From contig VXRE01000016.1 in NCBI GenBank assembly GCA_009838635.1, positions 1 to 55,426 on the forward strand: a stretch of DNA of 55,426 nt. Reading direction: 5' to 3'. The notes below the pieces were generated by a model. It searched no databases. It saw nothing but the letters and a program-made list of their open reading frames with translations, and was not told the origin of the DNA. This DNA comes from Acidimicrobiia bacterium. GTDB taxonomy: Bacteria; Actinomycetota; Acidimicrobiia; Spongiisociales; Spongiisociaceae. Of the stretch, positions 25,928 to 35,651 are shown one piece after another. Made by a program: the position numbers and the translations under genes. Within the stretch, counting starts at the first letter, position 1. Each line of letters opens with the position of its first letter.

Positions 25928-27729
25928 TGCGGCGCCTGCTTCCGTTCATAGTGCTAGTAGTCGGCGTCGCCGCCCTCAACGGCTGGCTCGAGCAGCGGTT
26001 CTACGTGAGGGTGCTCACCTTGACGGTCGTCTGGGCGCTCGCCGGCGTGGCCTGGAATCTGATGGCCAAGGCCGGGCAGATCTCGCTCGGCCACAGCGCG
26101 TTCGTCGGCATCGGCGCGTACGGCTTCACGATCCTGCTGCGAGGCGGCGGCACCTCGCCATGGATCGGCATGGCTCTCGGCATGGGAGTCGCCGCGGTGG
26201 TGGCGCTTGCCATCGGCCTGCCCACCTTCCGGCTCAGGGGGTTCTACTTCACCCTTGCCACCATCTCCTTCCCGCTCATCTTGGAACTGTTGGTGTCCCA
26301 CTACGGGGATCCCGAACTCACGGTTCCGTTCCACCCCGAGAACGAGTGGAGGTTCATGGAATTCTCCGATCCCCACACCTACGTTTGGGTCGGCCTAGCG
26401 ATGCTTGTCGTTGCGTTGATGATCAGCGAGCTGATAGATGTGACTTCGTTCGGGTACGCGCTACGTGCCGTTCGAGACAACGAAGTCCTAGCCCGGGCGG
26501 TGGGCATTCGTACTGTCGCATGGAAGACGGCGGCGTTCATGATCTCGGCGGCGCTGTCGGCGGCCATGGCCGTGCTCTGGGTGAAGGCCGTCCTGCGGGT
26601 GACCGTCGCCGAGGAGGTCTTTGGCATTACCGTGGTGATCGTCATGCTGTCCGTGGCGTTCGTAGGCGGGGTGGGACAGACCTGGGGGCCGGTCGTCGGC
26701 GCGGCCTTCCTCATCCCGCTAGCGATGTTCCTGGACGATTCGATCGGCGAGTCCGTGCCCGGCGCGCAGGAGCTCGTCTACGCGGCCGCGCTGGTACTCG
26801 TCGCACTGCTGATACCGCGCGGAATCCTCCCGGCGATCGAGAGGGGCTGGCGCTGGGTCGCGACCCGGCCCGGTCGATCACGTGAGCCGGAAGGTCGGCC
26901 CCTTCTCGGGCGTCTCGCGGTGCCTCCGCAACGGCCGTCGCCGTTCTTGAGCATGTCGCGAAGACCCCTCCGGCCGAGGCTGCCGCGGCCGAGCGATGCG
27001 CCTGTGCTCGAGGTGGAGGGCGTAGCCAAAAGCTTCGGCGCCAATCGCGTACTGTCCGACGTGGCCTTAAGGATCGATGCCGGCCGGCGTATCGGCATCA
27101 TCGGTCCCAACGGTGCGGGCAAGACGACGCTCTTCAACATCATTACCGCCCACCTACGCGCAGATGCCGGACGGATCCTGTTCAAGGGGATGAAGGTGGA
27201 TCGGATGCGCGCGCCGCGGCGTTACGAACTCGGCATGTCACGAACATTCCAAGTTCCCCAGGGTTTCCATCTCATGTCTCCGCTCGACAATGTCGTGGTG
27301 GCTGCGATCGGTGCCTCGATACCGCATCCGGTAGCCGCGTCGATGGCGATGCTCGAGCGGGTCGGCCTCGCCGGTCGCGCGCTCGGTGAGTTGAGCGCTC
27401 TCACCACGGCCGAGATCAAGAGCCTCGAGTTGGCGCGGGCCATGGTGAGCGAGCCGGAGTTGCTGCTGCTCGATGAGCCACTCGCCGGCCTGAACGAAGC
27501 CGAACGTGCCCGCTTTTTCGAGACTGTCGACGAGCTGGTCACCCCGCAGACGGCGATCGTGGTGATCGAGCACTCGGTCCGGTCGCTGATTCAGTACGTC
27601 GAATCGGTGGTCGCGCTCGATGAGGGCCGCGTCATCGTCCAAGGCCCACCGGCAGATGTCGTGTCGGACCCGCGCGTGATCAAGTCCTACCTCGGATCAA
27701 GATGGATGGAACATGTTAGAGATCAGTGA
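25927..27729 (+). CDS. fused LivM-like permease / LivG-like ATP-binding protein
   Basis: The N-terminal ~320 aa are polytopic permease. A Pro/Arg-rich linker follows (~aa 305-355). The ABC ATPase domain carries Walker A GPNGAGKTT, signature-like LTTAEIKSLELARAM and Walker B LLLLDEP. There is no in-frame stop between the halves. A TGATG overlap links it to LivH. Confidence 0.8.
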   Translation: MRRLLPFIVLVVGVAALNGWLEQRFYVRVLTLTVVWALAGVAWNLMAKAGQISLGHSAFVGIGAYGFTILLRGGGTSPWIGMALGMGVAAVVALAIGLPTFRLRGFYFTLATISFPLILELLVSHYGDPELTVPFHPENEWRFMEFSDPHTYVWVGLAMLVVALMISELIDVTSFGYALRAVRDNEVLARAVGIRTVAWKTAAFMISAALSAAMAVLWVKAVLRVTVAEEVFGITVVIVMLSVAFVGGVGQTWGPVVGAAFLIPLAMFLDDSIGESVPGAQELVYAAALVLVALLIPRGILPAIERGWRWVATRPGRSREPEGRPLLGRLAVPPQRPSPFLSMSRRPLRPRLPRPSDAPVLEVEGVAKSFGANRVLSDVALRIDAGRRIGIIGPNGAGKTTLFNIITAHLRADAGRILFKGMKVDRMRAPRRYELGMSRTFQVPQGFHLMSPLDNVVVAAIGASIPHPVAASMAMLERVGLAGRALGELSALTTAEIKSLELARAMVSEPELLLLDEPLAGLNEAERARFFETVDELVTPQTAIVVIEHSVRSLIQYVESVVALDEGRVIVQGPPADVVSDPRVIKSYLGSRWMEHVRDQ

Positions 27730-28426
27730 TCTCCGTGCCAGCTACGACGGAGTCCCGGCGTTGCGCTCCATCGACTTCCAGGTCGGAGCGGGGGAGCGTG
27801 TGGCCATCCTGGGACCCAATGGCGCGGGCAAGACCACCCTGCTGAAGACGATCAGCGGCACCGTGGAGGTAGACGCGGGCACGATCCGCTTCGAAGGCCG
27901 GGATCTTCACTCTCAGCCGCCGCACAAACGCGTCGAGGCCGGAATCGTACACGTGCCCCAGGGGCGGATGATCTTTGCATCGATGACGGTGACCGACAAT
28001 CTTCGCCTCGGCAGCCACCGCGGCGGCGCCCAGCACCGGCACGGCGAACGCCTCGATCTGGTGCTCGAGATCTTCCCTGCGCTGGCCGACATGCTCAACC
28101 GGGACGGAGGCGCGTTGTCGGGAGGCCAGCAGCAAATGCTGGCGGTTGCTCGCGGCGTGATGGCCTGCCCACGGCTGCTCATGCTCGACGAACCCTCGAT
28201 GGGGCTGGCTCCTCGCGCCGCGGACAGCGTCTTCGAGGGCATCGCGCGGCTGCTCGAGAGCGAGACGACCGCAACGATCGTCGTGGAGCAACGCGCCCAT
28301 GAGGCGCTCGAGATTTGTGAACGGGCCTACGTGCTCGAGTCCGGGGAGGTGGTCCTGGAGGCCTCGAACCGGGCGCTCCTGACCGACGAGAGGCTAGCTG
28401 CCGCTTATCTGGGCTCGGAGACATGA
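27713..28426 (+). CDS. ABC transporter ATP-binding protein (LivF-like)
   Basis: Walker A GPNGAGKTT, signature LSGGQQQML and Walker B LLMLDEPS. It overlaps the preceding gene by 17 nt. Confidence 0.9.
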   Translation: MLEISDLRASYDGVPALRSIDFQVGAGERVAILGPNGAGKTTLLKTISGTVEVDAGTIRFEGRDLHSQPPHKRVEAGIVHVPQGRMIFASMTVTDNLRLGSHRGGAQHRHGERLDLVLEIFPALADMLNRDGGALSGGQQQMLAVARGVMACPRLLMLDEPSMGLAPRAADSVFEGIARLLESETTATIVVEQRAHEALEICERAYVLESGEVVLEASNRALLTDERLAAAYLGSET

Positions 28427-28491
28427 GGCGCCCGTCGGGCACCGCGTCGGCAGGGATCATCCTCGACCGCGCGGCGGGTTGGGTGGTCTTG

Positions 28492-29109
28492 TCAGTCTGT
28501 GGAGGGACTCCCGTAGAAGGTGCGGTACCAGGCTCTGGTGACGATACGGGCTACCGTCTCCACGTCCACGGGCGCCGTGTTGAGGGCGGCGTGGGCGAAT
28601 GTCGTGTAGGCGGTTTGCTCGACCAGGGAAGCCATCGCTCGGGCCACCGTGGCTGGATCAAGTCCGTCGAGTTGGACGCGTTCGTCGTCCTCGACTGCAT
28701 GGACGAACCGGGCGACGTGGCGTTCGCGCATGGTCCACCAGATGGTGGTGAATCGCTCCTCGACCGTTGTCGCCTCGATGAATGCCCGCAGCACGCCGCT
28801 GTTGTCGCGGTAGTGCTGGAGGTATCCGAGGTTGGCTTCGAACAGAGCGGCCTCAGGGTCCTCGGCGATGGGTGTCGACGACCGGCTCCTCCGGAAGAGT
28901 TCCTCGTGGAGGTTCCGGATGACACTCCGGAAGAGGTCCTCCTTGTTATCGAAATACCTGTACAGGCCTCCGAAGGAGAGTCCTGCCTGTACTGCGACAT
29001 CGCTCATGCGGGCATCGACGTAGCCGTCCTTGGTGAAGACCTTCGACGCTGCGTCGAGGATCCCCTGTCGCGTCCGGTGGCCTTTAGGGGTGGTCGGCTC
29101 GGTGGCCAT
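28492..29109 (-). CDS. TetR/AcrR family transcriptional regulator
   Basis: N-terminal HTH reads RTRQGILDAASKVFTKDGYVDARMSDVAVQAGLSFGGLYRYFDNKEDL. Start is set at MATEPTT, with alternatives at 29121 and 29124. Confidence 0.85.
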   Translation of the reverse strand: MATEPTTPKGHRTRQGILDAASKVFTKDGYVDARMSDVAVQAGLSFGGLYRYFDNKEDLFRSVIRNLHEELFRRSRSSTPIAEDPEAALFEANLGYLQHYRDNSGVLRAFIEATTVEERFTTIWWTMRERHVARFVHAVEDDERVQLDGLDPATVARAMASLVEQTAYTTFAHAALNTAPVDVETVARIVTRAWYRTFYGSPSTD

Positions 29110-29251
29110 GGGCGCTCCCATCATTCGAGGGCGTCTGTAGGTCGTGAGGCACGTGACCGGGCCCCGTGTTGCTGGTCCCTGTGCGGGTCGTCTCGAGTCT
29201 GTGGGCCCGCGGCGAAGGATGTTACCTTTCGTGCCTCCACCCAACAAAGAA

Positions 29252-29263
29252 AGCGACATCGGT
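29252..29263. promoter_or_regulatory. near-palindrome AGCGACATCGGT, second copy of the candidate operator
   Basis: 10 of 12 positions are identical to 23357-23368. The flanks are also similar (AAA..TCTT.AC). It is followed by a possible promoter: TTCTTA (29264-29269), an 18-nt spacer, then TACTGT (29288-29293). Confidence 0.4.
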
Positions 29264-29327
29264 TTCTTACTATGGGTGATCCTGCGATACTGTGGCAAGG
29301 CACCCCGGCCGGGCTTGGAGGCGTGCT

Positions 29328-30944
29328 GTGATCGATGACCTCGCAGAACGCTACCGGCTCGCGGGATGGTGGACAGGCCGCCCGCTGGTCGACCGCTTCG
29401 AGGCGCACGTCAACGAGGCGCCCTGCGAGCCTGCCGTGGTGAGCGGCGGCGACACGCTGTCGCGGTCCGAGCTCTGGGAGGCGTCCGGCGAGGCCGCGGA
29501 GGAGATCCGCCGGGTCGCCGGTGGGGGCAGGCGGGTGGTAGTCGTCTCTCTGCCCAACTGTATGGAGTGGGTCGTCATGTTCCTGGGCGTGTTGAGAGCG
29601 GGCCACGTTCCGGCCACGCTTCCGGTCACCACGCCCGAGGCGCATTTGCGCCACATCTTCGATCTCGTCCAGCCGGTCCTGGTGGTCTGCGCCGGCCGGA
29701 GCCGTCGAAAGTCGCCCGCTGACGCGGTCAGGCGAGCCGCCGCCGAAGCTTCCGCCGACATCGCTGTCGCAGCGGTGGATGGAGCCCGCCTCGCGATGCA
29801 TGGCCCGGTGGTCCCCCCGGCCCGGGCCGTTGATGTGCCCGAGACCACCGCACACGTGATGTTCACGTCGAGCACGACGGGGCCCCCGAAGGCCGTCAGC
29901 CATAGCGAGGACACGTTGGCCTCGCTGAACGTGCAGTTCGCCGATCGGTTCGGGCTCGACCATGGCACGCCCGTTTTCATGCCCTCACCGCTCGGCCACA
30001 GCGTCGGCGCTATTCATGGTGCCCGCCTGTCGTTGTTCTTGGGCGCACTGCTCATCCTCCAAAGGGAGTGGGACCCGGTCGCCGCGCTGGAGCTGGTGGC
30101 TCGTCACCGCGCCGACTTCACTGCGGCTGCGACCCCGTTTCTGATGGATCTGGCCAATGCCTCGTGGCCCGGCCGCGAGCCGAAGCTGGCGTCGCTGCGG
30201 AGCTTCCTGTGCGGAGGAGCCCAGGTGCCTCCTGCCCTTGTCCGGCGCTGCCGAACCGAGTTGCCGAACACGTTCGTCACGCCCTTGTGGGGCATGACCG
30301 AGGGCGGCCTCACCACCTGTGTGCCCTCGTCGACCGACAGCCAGGTCGAGAACACCGTTGGAGTGGGACTTCCCGGGCTGGAACTGCGAACCCTCGACGC
30401 GGGCATGCGGTTGCAAGCCACGGGGGCCGGTGAGCTTGTCATGCGAGGGCCTGGGGTGTTCAACGGCTACTACGGCCAACCCGAGTTGTACGCTGAGCAC
30501 ATCGTCGGCGACGGGTTCTTCCGCACCGGCGATCTCGCCCGGATCGATCCCGACGGATACGTGTCGATCACGGGACGGGCCAAGGATCTGATCATCCGTG
30601 GGGCGGTGAACATCTCCCCCGTCGAGACCGAGAACGCGATCGCCGGCCACCCCGACGTGGTCGGTGTGGCCGTTATCGGGTGGCCCGACGAGCGTCTCGG
30701 CGAGCGCATCTGCGCGGTCGTTCAGGCCGGCGCCCACCTCGACATCGACGATGTCATCGCGTCCTGCGCCGAGCAGGGCTTGCCGCGGCGTTTATGGCCC
30801 GAACGACTGATAAAGGTCGATCGCTTCCCACGTACAGCCTCCGGCAAGATACGCAAGCAGCAGTTGCGCGATGAACTCGTAAACGCCTCCGCCTCGACTG
30901 CCGCAGCGGATCCCGACGGTCCGGATCGGAGCGCGGCCGGATGA
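29328..30944 (+). CDS. AMP-dependent acyl-CoA synthetase/ligase
   Basis: AMP-binding motif FTSSTTGPPKAV, later GELVMRGPGVFNGYY, DGFFRTGDL and a C-terminal SGKIRK-like motif. The GTG at 29328 is preferred over the track start 29292 because of the predicted promoter position. Confidence 0.85.
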   Translation: MIDDLAERYRLAGWWTGRPLVDRFEAHVNEAPCEPAVVSGGDTLSRSELWEASGEAAEEIRRVAGGGRRVVVVSLPNCMEWVVMFLGVLRAGHVPATLPVTTPEAHLRHIFDLVQPVLVVCAGRSRRKSPADAVRRAAAEASADIAVAAVDGARLAMHGPVVPPARAVDVPETTAHVMFTSSTTGPPKAVSHSEDTLASLNVQFADRFGLDHGTPVFMPSPLGHSVGAIHGARLSLFLGALLILQREWDPVAALELVARHRADFTAAATPFLMDLANASWPGREPKLASLRSFLCGGAQVPPALVRRCRTELPNTFVTPLWGMTEGGLTTCVPSSTDSQVENTVGVGLPGLELRTLDAGMRLQATGAGELVMRGPGVFNGYYGQPELYAEHIVGDGFFRTGDLARIDPDGYVSITGRAKDLIIRGAVNISPVETENAIAGHPDVVGVAVIGWPDERLGERICAVVQAGAHLDIDDVIASCAEQGLPRRLWPERLIKVDRFPRTASGKIRKQQLRDELVNASASTAAADPDGPDRSAAG

Positions 30945-31738
30945 GCACCGTCGAGTTGGGCGACATAGTGGTCAATTACCGGCGCAGAGGCTCTGGGCAG
31001 CCGGTCGTGCTGGTGCACGGGCTGGCCGAGGACCTCCGCTCCTGGGACGCCGTCGCCACCCACCTGGGCGGATTTGCTGTCCACACGCTGGATCTTCGTG
31101 GTCACGGCGGCACAACCTCGGGGGAGGCCGACGGCACCCTGTCGCAACTGAGCGATGACCTCTCCGCCTTCCTGCGCGTCGTGACCGGCCCTGCCGCTGT
31201 CATCGGCTACTCACTGGGCGGCACCATCGGGCTCAAGGCTGCGTCCACACCAAGAACCCTGATCGGCCACCTGATCGCCGCCGCCACGTCATCGGTGGTC
31301 GGTTCGGCAGCGGCCGAGTTCTTCGCTCGTCGCATCGCCCAGATCGAGACCCGAGACTGGGACGGCTTCGCCGCCGGACTCCGCGATGACACAGCCCGCC
31401 AGGTTGTCACCGCAACCGACATCGACGCAATCACCTCGAAGCGCCTGGACGCCGTCGGGGACGGCCGCGGCTACATCAACGCCGCCCGGGCGATGATAGG
31501 AATCCGCTCCGAGCCGTTGAACCCCCGGCTGAGGCAGATCGAGGTTCCCGTGGACGTCATCGGGGCGGCCGGCGATGTATTCTGCCCGCGCCAGGCCGCC
31601 GATATCATCGTCGACAATGTCGACGACTGCCGGTACCACGAGGTGGCCGGGGCCGGCCATCTGCTCTCCGTAGACCAACCCGACGCCTACGGCAAGCTGC
31701 TCGCGGAGCTATTGCGCGAAAGGTGTACTGCAGCATGA
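30941..31738 (+). CDS. alpha/beta hydrolase
   Basis: HG oxyanion motif (VLVHGLAED) and nucleophile elbow GYSLGG. ATGA overlap with the ligase stop. Confidence 0.8.
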   Translation: MSTVELGDIVVNYRRRGSGQPVVLVHGLAEDLRSWDAVATHLGGFAVHTLDLRGHGGTTSGEADGTLSQLSDDLSAFLRVVTGPAAVIGYSLGGTIGLKAASTPRTLIGHLIAAATSSVVGSAAAEFFARRIAQIETRDWDGFAAGLRDDTARQVVTATDIDAITSKRLDAVGDGRGYINAARAMIGIRSEPLNPRLRQIEVPVDVIGAAGDVFCPRQAADIIVDNVDDCRYHEVAGAGHLLSVDQPDAYGKLLAELLRERCTAA

Positions 31739-32748
31739 AGAAGCGCTACGGCATTTCCTTGGGAGTCAGTCCCCGAGAGCCTCTGAGCCGGACGGCCGAA
31801 TTGGCGCGACGAATCGACCTCAGGGGTTTCGAGGCACTGTGGTATATCGACTTCCAGCTCGGAATGAAAGACGTGTATGCGGCCATGAACCTGGCAGCAC
31901 TGTCGACCGAGAAAGTGCTCATCGGGGCGGGTGTCACCAATCTGGTGACGCGTCACCCGACGGTGACCGCAAATGCCACCGCTGCGCTGGACGAACTCTC
32001 CAGCGGCCGCGCCGTGCTTGGCCTCGGAGCGGGTTGGTCTGCCGTGCTCGGCGCAGGCGGCACGCCGTCCAGGCTTAAAGAGCTGCGGTCCGGGATCGAT
32101 GAGTTCCGCCAACTCTTCAGCGGCGAGCCGTGCGACCTCTATGGCAGCCAGGTTCGCCTGGCCACCGCCAAGCGACAGGTTCCCATATATTTGGCGGTCT
32201 CGCAGCCTGCCATGTTGCAGCTCGCCGGAGAAACCTGCGACGGAGCCGTGCTCATGGGAGCCGCAGATCCCGAATTCTGCTCATGGCAACTCGACTACAT
32301 ACACCAGGGACTGGAAGCAGCCGGGCGTGACCGCAGGCAGCTGACCGTCGACCTGTTCGTCACCATGTCGGTGGGCGACGATGTGGAGAGCGCGACCGAC
32401 GACGTGAGAGCATGGGCCACCAGCCAGGCGGCCACCTTCCACCAATGGAAGCGGATGCCGCCTGCTTGGGAGAGGTTCCGTCCCGAGTTCGCTCGGGCCG
32501 CGGGGCAGTACGGTCTTGTCGACCACCTCTCGCTGCAGGCTGAGCACAAGCTCACCGTGTCCGACGACTTCGTGAGATCGGTGGCGCTGGCGGGCGACCT
32601 CGGCATGTGCGTAGACCGGATCCGTCAACTCTGGCAGCTCGACATCGACCGGATCACCTTCGCCCTGCTGTCCGGAGGGCGCGAGCAACGACTGGCACAG
32701 CTGGCAGACACGGTGATCGGTGCGGTCGAGGCAGGAGGAGGAAGCTAA
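31735..32748 (+). CDS. luciferase-like (LLM class) flavin/F420-dependent oxidoreductase
   Basis: TIM-barrel LLM pattern: FEALWYIDFQ, VTNLVTRHPTVTANATAALDELSSGRAVLGLGAG. ATGA overlap with the hydrolase stop. Confidence 0.75.
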   Translation: MKKRYGISLGVSPREPLSRTAELARRIDLRGFEALWYIDFQLGMKDVYAAMNLAALSTEKVLIGAGVTNLVTRHPTVTANATAALDELSSGRAVLGLGAGWSAVLGAGGTPSRLKELRSGIDEFRQLFSGEPCDLYGSQVRLATAKRQVPIYLAVSQPAMLQLAGETCDGAVLMGAADPEFCSWQLDYIHQGLEAAGRDRRQLTVDLFVTMSVGDDVESATDDVRAWATSQAATFHQWKRMPPAWERFRPEFARAAGQYGLVDHLSLQAEHKLTVSDDFVRSVALAGDLGMCVDRIRQLWQLDIDRITFALLSGGREQRLAQLADTVIGAVEAGGGS

Positions 32749-33509
32749 TGACAGGAAACCGGCGCGTGGCAATGGTGACCGCGGCAGCCGGCGCCGGCAT
32801 CGGAGCGGCGGTAGCGAGACGGCTCGCCGGCGACGGATTTGATGTCGTCGTCACCGACGCCCACCAGCGACGGTGCCGCGAGTTTGCCGGTGCACTGGCC
32901 GACGAGGTAGGACGCGAGGTGACCAGCTACCGCCTCGACGTCACCGACCACGATCAGGTGCGCAGCGTGATCTCAGAAGTCGCAGCTGCAAAGAACGGGC
33001 TCGATGTGCTGGTCAACAATGCGGGCTGGTCGAGGATCGAGCCGGTGGCCGAGATGTCTCTGGAAACGTGGCAGCGGTGCCTCGACGTCGACTTGACCGG
33101 CACATTCGTATGCATGCGCTACGCGCTCGAAGTAATGATCCCTCGTGCCGGTGGCTCGATCATCAACATCTCCTCGATAGCGGCCTGGGAGATGTCCGCC
33201 GAGCATGGCGCCGCCTACTCCGCAGCGAAGGCCGGCGTCCTCGCGCTGACCCGGGTGGCTGCAGCCGAGAACGGAGTCCACGGGGTGCGGGTCAACGCGG
33301 TGGCTCCGGGCCTGATCTACAACGATTTCTTGCGTAGGATCTACCCGCAGGAGTTCTTCGACAGCTACCTGTCCGACAAGGCGTTCCTGGGCCGTATGGG
33401 GCAGCCTGAGGATGTCGCGAGCATGGTGTCGTTTCTGGCGTCGGATGAGGCGGGCTACGTAACCGGTGAGGTGTTCACCGTCTCAGGAGGCGTGTCGGCT
33501 CGTGGATGA
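32748..33509 (+). CDS. SDR family oxidoreductase
   Basis: TAAAGAGIG (TGxxxGxG variant), NNAG and the YSAAK catalytic motif. TAATG junction with the LLM gene. Confidence 0.85.
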   Translation: MTGNRRVAMVTAAAGAGIGAAVARRLAGDGFDVVVTDAHQRRCREFAGALADEVGREVTSYRLDVTDHDQVRSVISEVAAAKNGLDVLVNNAGWSRIEPVAEMSLETWQRCLDVDLTGTFVCMRYALEVMIPRAGGSIINISSIAAWEMSAEHGAAYSAAKAGVLALTRVAAAENGVHGVRVNAVAPGLIYNDFLRRIYPQEFFDSYLSDKAFLGRMGQPEDVASMVSFLASDEAGYVTGEVFTVSGGVSARG

Positions 33510-34872
33510 GGGACCACTGTGGTGGCCGGTGCAGCGACTTGTCGAGGCCTACAGCGGCGGCGCGCTGTCGCCGGTAGAGGTCTCCGAGTTGGCGCAGGCC
33601 CGCCTAGCCCAGGTCAACCCGACCCTGCACGCCTTCGTTCTCGCCACCCCCGAGTTGGCCCACCGCCAGGCCGTCGCGGCCGAAGCGGCTTACCGGAACG
33701 GCAGCGCCGGTCCTCTCGCCGGCGTGCCTGTCTCGATCAAGGACGTTTTCCACATCAAGGGACACGTCACCACGCTGGGCTCCTTGGCCCACGCCAACGA
33801 CGTGGCCCGACACGACTCCGGTGTGGTGCGCCGCATGCTCCGCGCGGGAGCGGTCGTGGTCGGCAAGACCAACGTCTCGGAATTCTGCCAGTCGGCGACC
33901 ACGGATAACTTGCTGGGCCCCGACACCTCGAACCCCTATGACCCTTCTCGCACCGCCGGCGGGTCCAGCGGCGGCGCGGCGGCCGCTGTGGCTTCTGGTA
34001 CCTGCACCCTGGGCCTCGGGTCCGACGGCGGAGGCTCGATCCGGATCCCGGCCTCGTTCTGCGGACTCGTGGGCTTCAAGCCCACCTACGGGACCATCGA
34101 CGACCGCGGGGGATTCCGAGCGTTCAGCCCGTTCATCTCCGTAGGGCCCCTGGCGCGCACCGCCGCCGACTCCCGGCGCCTGCACTCGGTGCTGTCCGCC
34201 AACGGCACCGGCGCCCGAGACACTCAGGACGACCTGAGCCCGCGCCGCGTCGCTTGGTGCCCGAAGCCCGAAGGCCGCCCGATCGACGCCGACGTCGGCG
34301 ATGTGTTGGCTGCCGCGGTAAGGCGATTGGCAGCCTGCGGCCACGACGTGAGTTCCGTGGACCTGGACTTCGGCGGCTGGGAGGAGATATTCGGCCCACT
34401 CGTGCTGGCCGAGGAGGGCGAGCGCCGCGGCCACTTGCTTCGTGGTCCGCACGAGTTGACGTGGTATCAAAAACGGTCCCTGATGGCGGCCGAGCAACTC
34501 GATCCAGGTGTTCTGGCGGCAGCACGCTTCGCCCTGGCGCAGTACCGGAAGCGGGTGGACCGCTACTTCTCCTCCTACGACGTGATCGCCACTCCCGCCA
34601 CGGCCACCACCGCCTTCGAGTTGGGCTCCCGGCCCAGGACCATCGCCGGTGAGCCTGTGGGCCGGTTGTGGGGGGCCTTTCCGTTCGCGGCGCCCTTCAA
34701 CGTCTCCGGCCATCCGGCGGTGGTTCTGCCTGCCGGATTTGCCAACGGCCTCCCGGTTGCGATCCAGTTAGTGGGACGTTACGGGGGCGATACCGAGTTG
34801 CTGTCCCTCGTCGAGCAACTCGAGACCGAACTGGACCTGCGTCCCTTCTCCCGACTATCGCCCCGCCTGTGA
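33502..34872 (+). CDS. amidase-signature family amidase
   Basis: [45 protein letters not shown] is the classic AS signature with the Ser-cisSer-Lys context. The GTG start overlaps the SDR stop by 8 nt. Confidence 0.85.
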   Translation: MDEGPLWWPVQRLVEAYSGGALSPVEVSELAQARLAQVNPTLHAFVLATPELAHRQAVAAEAAYRNGSAGPLAGVPVSIKDVFHIKGHVTTLGSLAHANDVARHDSGVVRRMLRAGAVVVGKTNVSEFCQSATTDNLLGPDTSNPYDPSRTAGGSSGGAAAAVASGTCTLGLGSDGGGSIRIPASFCGLVGFKPTYGTIDDRGGFRAFSPFISVGPLARTAADSRRLHSVLSANGTGARDTQDDLSPRRVAWCPKPEGRPIDADVGDVLAAAVRRLAACGHDVSSVDLDFGGWEEIFGPLVLAEEGERRGHLLRGPHELTWYQKRSLMAAEQLDPGVLAAARFALAQYRKRVDRYFSSYDVIATPATATTAFELGSRPRTIAGEPVGRLWGAFPFAAPFNVSGHPAVVLPAGFANGLPVAIQLVGRYGGDTELLSLVEQLETELDLRPFSRLSPRL

Positions 34873-35651
34873 ATCCCCCGAGCGATGTCGTCAGCAGTGT
34901 CGATGGCTCGATCTGGCAGATCGAGATCAACCGGCCGCAGCGTGCCAACGCCCTCCGGCGCCGGACGATTCGCCAGATCGAAGCGGTCTTGGACGCGGTC
35001 GAGACTCAGGGATCCGACGCAACCCGGGCAACAGGAGTGGTGCTGACCGGTGGCCCCGAACGGTTTAGCGCAGGAGCGGATCTGTTCGAGTTGGCCGGCA
35101 CGATTGACGATCTGGGATTCGACGACGAACTCGAAAGGCTCTGCCGGCGTCTTACCCTGAGCCCGCTGCCGATGGTTGCGGCCGTCGAGGGTGCCTGTTA
35201 TGGCGGCGCCGTCGACCTGGCGTGGTCCTGCGATGCCGTGGTGGTTTCGGACGAGGCGCGTCTCGCCGTGCCCTCGGCCGGCCTGGGGATCCTCTACAAC
35301 CCGTCATCGTTGGCTCGTCTGCACGCCCGCCTCGGCTCGCAAACCGTCCGTCGCCTTGTCGTGCTGCAGCAAGAACTGTCGGGTCGGCAGCTTCCGCCTG
35401 ACACAGCAATGATCGTGCGCGCCGGGACCACCGTTGAGACGGCAAAGGGCCTGCTTGCGGGCCACTATCCGGGCTCGGCCGCCACAACAGCTACCAAGGC
35501 ATTGCTGGCGTCGCTCGACAGCGCTGAAGGGTTCGATGCTGCCGATTGGCAGTCCGAACGAGAGGCCCTCCTGGCATCACCGGCACGTCGAGCAAAACTG
35601 GAAGCCCGGCGAGCCGGGATCGGCAAGGATCGGACGAATGCACCTCAGTGA
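34869..35651 (+). CDS. enoyl-CoA hydratase/isomerase (crotonase) family protein
   Basis: FSAGADLFEL and GACYGGAVDLAWSCD oxyanion-hole blocks. GTGA overlap with the amidase stop. Confidence 0.8.
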   Translation: MNPPSDVVSSVDGSIWQIEINRPQRANALRRRTIRQIEAVLDAVETQGSDATRATGVVLTGGPERFSAGADLFELAGTIDDLGFDDELERLCRRLTLSPLPMVAAVEGACYGGAVDLAWSCDAVVVSDEARLAVPSAGLGILYNPSSLARLHARLGSQTVRRLVVLQQELSGRQLPPDTAMIVRAGTTVETAKGLLAGHYPGSAATTATKALLASLDSAEGFDAADWQSEREALLASPARRAKLEARRAGIGKDRTNAPQ

